64,000 nt of DNA, taken from positions 81,717,238-81,781,237 of the forward strand of contig NC_057711.1 of the NCBI RefSeq assembly GCF_004010195.1, in the 5' to 3' direction. A program made the translations under genes and the position numbers. The notes beneath the pieces were generated by a model. It worked only from the letters and a program-made list of their open reading frames with translations. It was not told where the DNA came from and made no database searches. Source of the DNA: Chiloscyllium plagiosum. Taxonomy: Eukaryota. Of this stretch, positions 53,821 through 64,000 are shown piece by piece (position 1 is the stretch's first letter; the number at the start of each line of letters is the position of its first letter).

Positions 53821-54766
53821 ATGTCTACATTTGTTCAAGTATATCCCAGTCCCTCTCCCTGATTTATATTCCTCCATCATCTTTCTGTGCAGTGAATACA
53901 TATGCAAAATACCTTGTTTAAAACCTCAGTCATCTCTTATGACTTCACCCACACATTGCCACTTTGGTCTCAAATGGACCCTCACATATGAGTAAAATGC
54001 CTTTGGGTTCTCCCTAATCCGTCTTGCCAAGCCTTTTTCGTGCCCCCTCCTGGCTACACTTTCCCAGGCTATAATTATGTCACTAATATAATTAAATAAT
54101 GCCTTTGGATTTTCCTTAATGCTGCTGTTAGTGTTTTCTCAGGTCTCCTCTTCGCACATTTAATTTTTTTTAAGCAATCCCTACATTTACTATACCCCTC
54201 TTGCACATCCTCTGTTTTGAGCCCTTGGAATCTGTCATAAGATCCTTTAGATTGCTTATCTAGTCCTGTACACCCTTTGACATCCAGAGATCTCTCCATT
54301 TGTTGGTCTTACCCTTCACCTTTACAGGAACACGTTGGCCTAGCATTCTCACTACTACCCTTTTGATCTTTTTCCCCATTATCTGATATGCATTTTCCTG
54401 CAGGTAGCTGCTCCAAGTAAACTTTGCAAGGTCCTGTCTTATTATATTACATTTCACATTTGCTTTCATTTTGGAAATCCTGCAGCCATTTTTTCCTCTA
54501 AACTCATTGCTTTATGAGTAAAGTTTAGAGTTACATTGGGAAAAGTCAGGAAGAACTCAACAGTGCCAGTATTGTAGTCAAGCAATAATCTATGACCAGC
54601 TAGGGCAAAGGCCACTAAAGCAACTCATCTAACTTAACCTTAGTTTTCTAAGAAACCTGCATAGCTATCAAAAGCTCCACAGAGCATGAAAATTCCTGAG
54701 AAAAAGTTAAAGGATGAGCACAAAATTCTCGACACTCAATTGGAAACTATCAGATCTCCTAATTGA

Positions 54767-55101
54767 AACAAAGATGGAAATTGCTGGAGAAACTTATCAG
54801 GTCTGGCAGCATCTGTGCAGAGAAAGCAGTGTTAACATTTTGGGTTCAAAATTCCTTCTTCAGAACTCCCAACTGAGATTGCTTCATTTCAAAAACATAA
54901 TGAGTTATGTTTGCGCATCTCACCATCTGTGAACCAGTCAACAATACTTTAAAGATAGAAGTGAAAAAACTGCAGATGCTATAAATCATAAACAAAAACT
55001 GAAATAGCTGGAAAAGACCCTGAGGAAGGGAGATTCAACTCGAAACATTCACTCTGATTTCTCTCCACAGATGTTGCCAGACCTGCTAACTTTTCCAGCA
55101 A
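54767..55101. mobile_element. two family C copies (single arm about 54767-54867; partial fold-back about 54960-55101)
   Basis: aaattgctggagaaac...ggcagcatctgtg...ccttcttcagaact; ctgaggaagggagattcaactcgaaacattcactctg. Confidence 0.65.
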
Positions 55102-55627
55102 CTTCTTTTTCTGTTTCTGACATTAAAGTTAAAATTGCGAGCCAATAAAGTCCCCTACAGACTGTATATTTCAGGTCTGTCAAGTGGCCACCTTAAAATA
55201 CAGGAAAAAAGCATGGTCAACACTTGAATTACATGTAAAGTTCAACTTCAGGCCTTTTATGCAACAACTGAAATAGATCATTAATTCATTCTTAAGCAGA
55301 TGCAGAGTCAGTGGGCATGCTTATAATTTTACAGCAATAAAACTAGACAACAGAATAATTGAGCTTGTGACAATATCTGCTGCAATAGAAGCATTCCAAA
55401 AAAACACCTTCGACAAATGGAAAGTTTATATTGTTTTAAACCACTGCAAAGTAGGTGCAAATATGAAGCAATAATTGACAATTTTACAAATGATGACCTC
55501 TTTAAGAATGAACAAGACATGGTCCAGAGACTGTAAACAGCAGTTGATACTCATTGAAGCAGGAAGAGGAATTGATTAGGAAGTGGACACAGCAAGGGGG
55601 TGGGGTGGGGATTATATTACATACACA

Positions 55628-56140
55628 CACCACCCTCTGCATGAAAGAGTTGCCCCTTAGGTCCCTTTTAAATCCTTCCCCATCACCTTAATGCTGCGCC
55701 TCTAGTTTTGGACTCCACCACCTTGGGAAAAAGATTTTGACTATTCACCTCATGATTTAATTACCCTCTATAAGGTCACCCCTCAGCCTCCGATGCTGCA
55801 GGGAAAATAGCTCAGGCCTATTCAACCTCTCCTCCAGCTCAAACCCTCCAACCTCAGCAACATCCTTGTAATTCTTCTCAAAACGCTGTCAAATTTAACA
55901 TCTTTCCTGTAGGAGGGAGACCAGAATTGCACACAGTATTCCAAAAGTTGCCTAACCAATGTCTTGTATAGCCACAACATGACCTCCCAACTCCAGTACT
56001 CAGTGCACTGACAAATAAAGGCAAACATACCAAACACCTCTTCACTATCCTATCTACCAGTGACCTCACTTTCAAGGAATTATGTACCTGTACCCAAAGT
56101 TGTCTTTGTTGAGCAACACTCCCCAGGACCTATCATTAAG
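55628..56140 (-). mobile_element. CR1 internal 3' fragment
   Basis: LYKTLVRQLLEYCVQFWSPSYRKDV. Confidence 0.88.
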
Positions 56141-56304
56141 TATATTAAGTATTGGTCTATGAAATGCAAATAAATCGTGATAGCAGACAAACTGACTCCC
56201 TTTATCTGCTTTGGAAAATGTATAATGAGCAGTAGATCAATACTGATAGGAAGACGAAGCCTGCAAGCTATGAGTGATTCATCTGCCATTTACATGATAA
56301 CTAA

Positions 56305-57352
56305 CGGTGGAGGGTTGCTTTTCAGACTGGAGGCCTGAGACCAGTGGGGTGCCACAAGGATCACTGCTGGGTCCACTGCTTTCTGTCATTTATATAAATA
56401 ATTTGGATGTGTACATAGGAGATATAGTTCGTAAGTTTGCAGATGATGTCAAAATTGGCGGAGTTGTGGACAGTGAAGACGGTTACCTCAGAGTACAACG
56501 GGATCTTGATCAGATTGTCCAATGGGCCGAGGAGTGGCAGATGGAGTTTAAGTTAGATAAATGTGAGGTGCTGCATTTTGGAAAGGCAAATCAGGGCAGG
56601 ACTTATACACTTAAAGGTAAAGTCCTGGGGAGTGTTGCTGAACAAAGAGACCTTGGAGTGCAAGGTCACAGTTCCTTGAAAGTGGAGTCTCAAATAGATA
56701 GGATAGTGAAGAAGACATTTACTACGCTTTCCTTTACTGGTCAGAGCATTGTGAAAATGAGTTGGCAGATCATGTTGTGGTTGTACAGGACATTTGTTAG
56801 GCATCTTTTAGAATATTGTGTGCAATTCTGGTCTTCCTCCTATAGGAAGGATGTTGTGAAATTTAAAACAGTTCAGAAACAATTTACAAGGATGTTGCCA
56901 GGGTTGCAGGGTTTGAGTTATCAGGAGAGACTGAATAGGCTGGAGCTGTTTTCCCTGGAACGTCAGAGCCTGACAGGTGACCTTCTAGAGGTTTATGAAA
57001 TCATGAGGGGCATGGACAGGGTAAATAGCCAAGATACTTTACCTGGGGTGTGGGAATTCAGAACTAGAGGGCGTAGGTTTAGGGTGAGAGGGGAAAGATT
57101 TAAAAGGGACCTAAGGGGCAACTTTTTCACGTAGAGGGTGGTGCGTGTATGGAACAAGCTGCCAGAGGAAATGGTGGAGGCTGGTACAATTACACCATTT
57201 AAAAGGCAACTGGATGGGTATATGAATAGGAAGGGTTTAGAGGGATATATGCCAAGTGCTGGCAAATGGGACTATGTCAATTTAGGATACCTGCTTGGCA
57301 TTGACGAGTTGGACCAAAGGGTATGTTTCCATGCTGTACATCTCTATGACTC
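56305..57352 (+). mobile_element. CR1 3' kb with an open RT C-terminus
   Basis: ORF 56307..57134 SGVPQGSLLGP, KFADDVK; 3' end tctctatgactct. Confidence 0.93.
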
Positions 57353-58895
57353 TAATGCAGGCAAGCCGAGCAAATAATGCAGGCGCTGGGGTCTAAAAGG
57401 TATGTCCAGCTTTTAAACATGGTTTGCAAGCCATGTAAAACACTGAAAACTTCAGTCTAGAAACAAAAGGTCAAATAAGTGGTGCAATATTATGAGAATC
57501 CAGAGGCTAGACAAGAACAGCATAATAACCAAATGAGAGAGTGAGCCAATGGCATGAAGACAAAATCTAGTCAAGTATGATGGTCAGATTTTGAGGATAC
57601 TAGACAATTGACAGGTAAAGTGAGCTGACATTCAGCACAATGGCTATCAAAAATCTGCATTGGTGCAATAGTACTAATCACAGCTTTTGCCACCATCTAG
57701 ACAATATGCCCACAGATGAAGGGTCAACATACTCTATATATAAAATTGGCTCTCAATGCAGCTATGATCATCCTTCCACTTCTGTAAGTACATACATTGT
57801 GACAAATGATGATTTGACTAACCAATGTCAAACTCACCATGAAGAGCGAGATGAAAATTTCATCCCTAGGATCCATCACAATTAAATTTCACCGTAAAAA
57901 ATCAAGTTTGGTCACCAATATTTTTTGTTATGGACACTGGGGGTCTAAGTGGGTGCAGGCCTACTGGCATACAAAGACAAGTCCTTGGATACCCATCCAG
58001 GGTATGGTCAAGGCAATGACAAGATCCACAGACAGCAAGGAACACCATTTCACTTGCACTTCATCTGGGAGAAGATCAAAGAAAGATAAAATAGGAGCAG
58101 GAGTAGGTCATTCAGCCTATTGTGTGCTCTCCATCATTTAGCATGATCATGACTGTTCCTCTACCTCAATGCCATATACTCTCTCTCTCTCCTTATCCTC
58201 TCTAGACATTCGTCTGTTTATTTCTTAAACATAAGCAGTAACTTGTCACTGCCTTCCACTCTCAAAATGACCCTTTTTTTCCCCCAACTGTCTATTTCCT
58301 ATCTGCTAACTAAGTCTCAATCCAGACCAGTATATTACTACCGGTCCCAAGTGCCTTGATTTTTCTCAACCTCTTACGTAAAATTTTATCATAAAGCTTT
58401 CTGAAAATATAAATACAATACATTCATGGGTTCTTCCTCATCACATCTTCAAAAAAGCTCTCTAGCAGGTTGGTCAAATGTGATTTCTCTTTTAAAGATT
58501 TGTGTTGACTTTGTGTAGTTTGTTTAGCATTTTCTAAGTGTCCTGTTATCACATCCCTTGTAATAGATGAAAGAATTTTCCCTATTACTGATATTAAGCT
58601 AACCGGTTACCAGTTTTCTCTTTCTCTTTTTTTCTAACATCAATCTTCTGGGACTGTTCTAGAATCTACAGAGTATTGGAAGCTAACCACCAACACATCC
58701 ACTATTTCCATTTGTACTCTCATCATTGAAACATTCATGTATGTCATCAACCAACAGACTATAATACAACTTGACCTGAAGATGTACAACTATTCTGAAT
58801 GTGCAAACTTCATATGTAGAACCAATACAAAATGGCTATTTGTCCGACAAATGCAGAAGAACATCAACAGTCATCATTCATTGATTTGACAAGAA

Positions 58896-58962
58896 ATTGA
58901 ACCCGGGTCTCTGGCGCTGTGAGGCAGCAGTGCTAACCACTGTGCCACCGTGCCGCCCACAA
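58896..58962 (-). mobile_element. isolated 5' tRNA-derived head of an HE1 SINE
   Basis: reverse complement nearly identical to 42412-42475; flanked by a 58-bp direct repeat. Confidence 0.85.
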
Positions 58963-60169
58963 ATTTGTCCGACAAATGCAGAAGAACATCAACAGTCATC
59001 ATTCATTGATTTGACAAGAACTATGTGATGTTTTACTTGAAAAACATTGAAAGGTGAATGATGTCCATGAGCTGCATAATGAATTACGCAAAGTTAACTT
59101 TGAATGGAAAGTTTGAGTACAACATCCAAATGATAGCACACAGAATTCAACAGAAATAATCAGCATTTGCCACAACCATGACTGTATTAAGTTCAAACAG
59201 CAAATGGCATAGCAATGTAACAAAACATGCCAAAACAGGACATCAGAAACACTGAGTAACCCTATTGTGTCTAGAGCATGATATAACACAAAGTAAGTCT
59301 TAACAGCACTCTGAATACATCAGCCTACAACAAATATCACATAACTAATGTTGGACAAATAAAGAAAAACACCAATATGTTTACCACAATTTATTTATTT
59401 GCAGTAAAGTACATTCAAACACAATGTTATTTCTTTTTGCTTTCATGTATAGACTGATTCTTTATGGGTAAACATTTTGTTTAGAACAAAAGGGGCAGGC
59501 TGGGATATAATATGCATACACCTTTGGGTAAACATATCTTGAACTGCTGTCAATCATTACACATTGAGATGATGCACTATATTGGCTGACAATTCTGGAG
59601 CTAAGCTCTACAGTAGCTAGACAGAAGTCATACATATGCCCTATATCCTCCCAGTGAACATTATCTTTGAGAGTTTTTATCCTCAAATTAAGAACCATAT
59701 TGTTGCTTCACCAATTGTTGCGTCTGCATCAAATGCTAACGTATCAAATGAGAAGATCATATTCAGGATATAAAGTTACTTAAAACTGCAGTCGGCTTTG
59801 AAGAGACTTTGGTTTCTTGCTGACCTAGATAAACATTTTATTTGTAACAAAAAACTAATTTAGTTCAGACTGCCTCCAAAATAAATCACAGGTATCCAAA
59901 CATGTGTGCCTAGCAATGACAAATTGCAATGGCTGAGATGTCTACATGTTGGGATTGTATACAAATGATAACATTCTTATTCTGTCTATTCAGAGACACA
60001 ATATGCTAATGCAGAACTTCAATATGTTGATAAATGAGATAAATTTCCAATCTTTTTCCATCTTGCACTTATCAGGACAAAAACAAGAAAGCCAAATATC
60101 AAACAATCACGACATGTTATATCACAGGAGAAAAGGCTGCTGTTAGTAAGTTCATTGGCACTATATTTG

Positions 60170-60790
60170 CATAAATGGATGGTGTAGGCATGGGATCTCC
60201 TCAAGATCTAGTGTTCGTTAACATTTTCATCAGTTTCCATGAGAAATGCATTTTCAATATAATGACAGTAGCCTCCTACCACATGCATTTTGATATGCAA
60301 ATTATACTTTCATAATTTTTGAACCTGCCTTGCATACCTCAATGTTCAGTTATGTCAGTGGGTGGGATGGCTGGTTTGTGATACTAAGTGAATCAATAAC
60401 ACTGGTTCAATTCCCACACCAGCTGAGATTAGTATGAAGATCCTTCCTTTTCAATGTCTCCCTTCGCCTGGCATGATAACCCTCAGGATAAACTATCGCC
60501 AGTTGTCTCTCTCTCTCTCTGCTGAGGGAGTAGCCCTATGGTCCTCTGGGAATATAGATACTTTACCTTTACTTTTACATTCTGTGCTGAAATTCACTTT
60601 TGAGATGAATTATGAATAACACTTTAACACGCCTTCAGTTGCTATTTAAAAATTTGCTCATTTTTTTCTACTATAGTCTACAACAAGCCTACTTTCACCA
60701 TACAATGTCCACAGTGGGATTCGTATAACTTCATGTACTACAAAATTAACCTCAGCAGCAATCTTGTAAAAATATGCAAAAATAGGTTCA
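60170..60790 (+). pseudogene. Penelope-like element reverse transcriptase remnant, interrupted by a SINE
   Basis: MDGVGMGSP..VFVNIFISFHEK; HSVLKFTFEM; IVYNKPTFTIQCPQWDSY. Confidence 0.75.
60350..60572 (+). mobile_element. tRNA-derived SINE
   Basis: B-box ggttcaattcc and a ctttacctttac tail; splits the PLE RT remnant. Confidence 0.55.
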
Positions 60791-61443
60791 TGTCATTAAG
60801 TAATGAGAACATGAGAAATGAGATGTGCATAGGCAATCTGGTTTGGAGCTTAGGCATTCACAGCATAGGCAATGTTTCTCAACCAACACAATCAAATTGG
60901 TATGGCTCAAAATGCCTATTTCACAAGAGAGACTAGGAGATAGTTGAGGGAACAGATTTAACAGTAGAGCTTTCAACAGATTCTAATAATGTTATAAATT
61001 AGCATGTCTGAGTAAAATATAATGAACATTCATTTGTAAGGATGCCAAAATGCAACCAACCTTGTTTCCTTCTTTATAAAAATTTCGTACTCCAGGTGTT
61101 CAAATGATTGATTTATATATGTCCAATATACATAAGGGAACTAACTGTGGAGCATTTGATGCCACTAATTGAGATCACTCAACATGTGATCAACATTTTT
61201 TTTTAAAAAAACTATGAAGCTTTGTATGGGTGTTTAATCTTTTCAGCTCATCTTGATACATCAGCTAATCACAAGTAATCCTATAGATCTAAGTGTAATA
61301 AGTGAAAAGTCTCTTCCAATGTCTCAGCTCAATTTGTTCTTGTCTGGAAGATATATCTTTCCCTCTATATTTATTCTAGAACCTCAATTTTCTCCAGAAG
61401 ACATTATCACATTTCAATATGAACAATAAAGAAGAAGCATTAC

Positions 61444-61521
61444 CTTGTCTTGTGCTTTTCAGTCAATACCTTAATGCTTTCATCAGTGAGCTGGCATCCA
61501 TTAACAAGGAGTCTGCGAAGA
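61444..61521 (-). CDS. LRR protein internal exon
   Basis: ttgttgtag| acceptor and AAG|gtaatg donor; 78 nt, phase 2 to 2; LRRLLVNGCQLTDESIKVLTEKHKT. Confidence 0.88.
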
Positions 61522-62550
61522 CTACAACAAGCACATGACTTATATCCTGAATGACATTTGTGCACATACAAAACAGAACATTTGTTGCTATTTGGAAACT
61601 ATAAACAGTATAAGAAATAACAATTATTGGCTATTTTTAATACTTTCATGGGATGTGGACATCAAGGGCCAGAATCTGGAGTTACCCAACCCTGTTATTC
61701 TTTTAGCTGAACTACAGATGCCTGGTATTTTTCTATAAGTGTTGAAAGAGGAAGGCAGAGCATACGCCACAGAACCATTCCTTTGAATTTCAAGAAAACA
61801 ATAAACACACTTTAAAGAGAAATCTAGAAAGCGCAAAATAATTGATTTTATCTTTGCAATTATTTGAACAAGGAGTCCATGCTGAAATAATCTTCCAATA
61901 TTTAATGCTAATTTAAAACATGGTTAAAATATCTCTTAATGTTATATTTAAAACCTGGGTTATTTTAGTTTTGTTAATTTGTAATATGAAGGTAAGCAGT
62001 CTAAAGTAAGCTGTGAAGGGTGTTTTGGATTTGATTCCAAAATGTGCTGAAGCCCAACTAGAGTATTTACCTGTCAAACATAAGTGCTAATTAGGGTACA
62101 ATTATACACAAGACTAGGGAAGTTGAGATTTTGACATAAACTTCATTAGGACTCAGTGCCTTTTTCATAATAATCAATAAACTTATTCAACCATTTGGGA
62201 AAAAAGTCAAATAATTATTTTTAAATATAATGGACAAAAATTTCAATTTTGTATGTTCTCTTGCAAGCATGAGTGCAAAGGGTAAACACCTAAACCTGTT
62301 TTTGTACTCTAGTCTCAGAAACAGCAGGAGAAAAGTAATCTGAGACAAGCCAACATATAGCATTCTGTTGTTTATCAAAAACTACAGGAAAATTTCTATT
62401 TTGGGTGGGGTTTTACAAACAAACACTCAGATTTTAGCAATCTTTTCTGGAATGTTTCTATCCGAAACCTGATTGCGAAACTAGTTAGAAATAAATTCTA
62501 CTTCCACCGAACACTAGAAGAGTTAATAGAATTCAGAGCAAGGTCTGTAC

Positions 62551-62705
62551 CTTGAGGAAGCTTGAGCAAGTGCTATGATGCCTCTGCTGGTAGCTGCTGT
62601 CCAACTGACATCCACTGAAGTTAACTTGAGACAAACTGCGCTTGCACAGAGTAGAATTGTGTCCCCTGTCACCACTGGTCCACTGCAGCTTGTAACATTC
62701 AGCTC
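62551..62705 (-). CDS. LRR (F-box/LRR-like) protein, first exon visible in the window (internal exon)
   Basis: aaatacag|GAG acceptor and AAG|gtacag donor; 155 nt, phase 0 to 2; ELNVTSCSGPVVTGDTILLCASAVCLKLTSVDVSWTAATSRGIIALAQASS (LRR pattern). Confidence 0.88.
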
Positions 62706-63274
62706 CTGTATTTTGAGAAATGTTGCTTTTCAAATAGGAACCTGAATTAGTTTACCTTGGTATTCAAAATATGCCAATTTGTTTTGCTGGCCATAGGTAT
62801 CTTTCTGAGCGAAGTTAGTGCATTGCTAATAATGTAGAGGGCACAACAATTTATAAAACCAGAAGAATCATAATATTCTGCATACTGTACTGGTTAGGTA
62901 AAACTGTTTATCTGACCCATCAGCAGAGTTTAAATGAACACTATTTTGTTTGACTGAATGACATAGAAGGGCAACCTTCTACAAAATATTTTGTTTCTAT
63001 CAACCAATCTTAACTGTCATGAGCAATTTTACTTCACATTACGGCAATATCTTTGTCTCACATTGAGGGCCCTGACGGAATTGCTCTTCTGCTAGTGAGC
63101 TGCCACCTGCAACCGCTGGTGTAGCCAATTGCATAAGCAGAGCAAGTGCCACAGCCAAGCAAGCAGGAGGAGTGGCAGGAGGTTGCCAGCCCCACCATTA
63201 ACTCAAAGGGTTGAATGTCTGAGTACCACATTTGAATGCCTTCTGGAAAGAAATCCATTCCTTGCCACTCAGCA

Positions 63275-63502
63275 AGATCAGAGCTGAAAATGTGTTGCTG
63301 GAAAAGCGCAGCAGGTCAGGCAGCATCCAGGGAACAGGAGAATCGACGTTTTGGGCATAAGCCCTTCTTCAGGAATCCTGAAGAAGGGCTTATGCCCGAA
63401 ACGTCGATTCTCTTGTTCCCTGGATGCTGCCTGACCTGCTGCGCTTTTCCAGCAACACATTTTCAGCTCTGATCTCCAGCATCTGCAGACCTCACTTTCT
63501 CC
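63275..63502. mobile_element. fold-back PLE-derived element, family A
   Basis: about 100-bp inverted arms centred on ggaatcc; 3' end ...cctcactttctcc; direct repeat ccactcagcaagatcag at 63265-63281 and 63501-63517. Confidence 0.85.
63373..63410 (+). ncRNA. minimal type I hammerhead ribozyme motif (family A, intact core)
   Basis: GAAUC-CUGAAGA-A-GGGC(UUAU)GCCC-GAA-ACGU-C^GAUUC: helix I GAAUC/GAUUC, core CUGAnGA and GAAA, 4-bp helix II, palindromic ACGU helix III; predicted cut after 63405. Confidence 0.8.
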
Positions 63503-63517
63503 ACTCAGCAAGATCAG

Positions 63518-63980
63518 CCTAATACTGTGGTCCACTCCTTCATCACTCCTGACACTTCCTCACAGCACCTTTACATGCAATCACGGAAGATGCAACATTT
63601 GCCATTCACCTTTTATATTCTTATTGTTCAAAGTTCCAAATGCACCTTCTAGGCCAAGCAGCACTTTACTTATACTCTTTCAATCTAGTCTACTGGATTC
63701 ACTGCTCACAATGTGGTGTAATTTATATTGGCAGGACCAAACACAGACTGGTTGATCGCTTTGCAGAACACCTCTGCTTATCTGTAGGAATCACTCCAAA
63801 TTTGCAGTAGCTTACAATTTTGAAAACCGGTCTTGCTCTCAGGCTAACAATTCTCTCCCAGACCTAATGGAAAGTTCTAATGAATCACTGCAAAAACTCA
63901 TGGACCATCGCGTCATTTTCTAATTAGGCACTTTACAGCCTGTAAAACACAAATATCAAATTTCACAACTTCAAAGCCTG
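63518..63980 (+). pseudogene. Penelope-like element GIY-YIG endonuclease region, decayed
   Basis: frameshifted translation gives C-x4-C (CNHGRCNIC) and NLVYWIHCSQCGVIYIGRTKHRLVDRFAEHL. Confidence 0.8.
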
Positions 63981-64000
63981 ACCATATGACATCTGTTCTC

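Larger units (their letters stand above)
50230..54460 (-). mobile_element. old CR1 that hosts the young CR1
   Basis: decayed ORF2 at 50230-51520 (CHVQFCSPHY, KMDKSLDP) and 53821-54460. Confidence 0.75.

Noticed and set aside
51949..53907. 652-aa ORF as an active or domesticated RT gene
   Set aside because: It is a 5'-truncated CR1 ORF2. Its N-terminus is read from flanking old CR1 DNA and its C-terminus from an inserted hairpin element; most of the endonuclease is missing.
55628..57352. Oppositely oriented CR1 pieces as one twin-primed inversion
   Set aside because: The pieces cover overlapping parts of CR1, differ at many sites and are separated by about 165 bp of unrelated DNA, so independent insertions are more likely.
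63236..63535. Near-identical ORFs on both strands (CCWKSAAGQAAS...), recurring at 12051-12316, 21374-21607 and 51627-52136
   Set aside because: A by-product of the palindromic non-coding repeat; there is no sign of a real protein.

Overview
Eukaryotic, AT-rich, repeat-dense vertebrate DNA. HE1-type V-SINEs and abundant CR1 LINEs point to a cartilaginous fish (shark); this is an inference. One host gene is visible: seven minus-strand exons (62705 down to 10240) with canonical GT/AG sites and consistent phases. They splice to the C-terminal 298 aa of a cysteine-containing LRR (F-box/LRR-like) protein whose 5' part lies beyond the window. The rest is mostly transposon debris: CR1 and L2 LINEs, SINEs, a Gypsy pol remnant, LTRs, Harbinger remnants, and Penelope-like element (PLE) RT and GIY-YIG remnants. 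The most striking signal is about 17 short non-coding insertions from three sequence-distinct families. Most carry an intact or decayed minimal hammerhead-ribozyme motif (CUGAnGA...GAAAC/GAAAG, palindromic ACGU/AGCU helix III), usually folded back as an inverted repeat that turns at the ribozyme, and most are flanked by 6-17 bp target duplications. Abortive copies, a SINE head and other breakpoints sit beside long (58-242 bp) locally templated duplications. Assembly gaps lie at 16534-16872 and 30903-30914.
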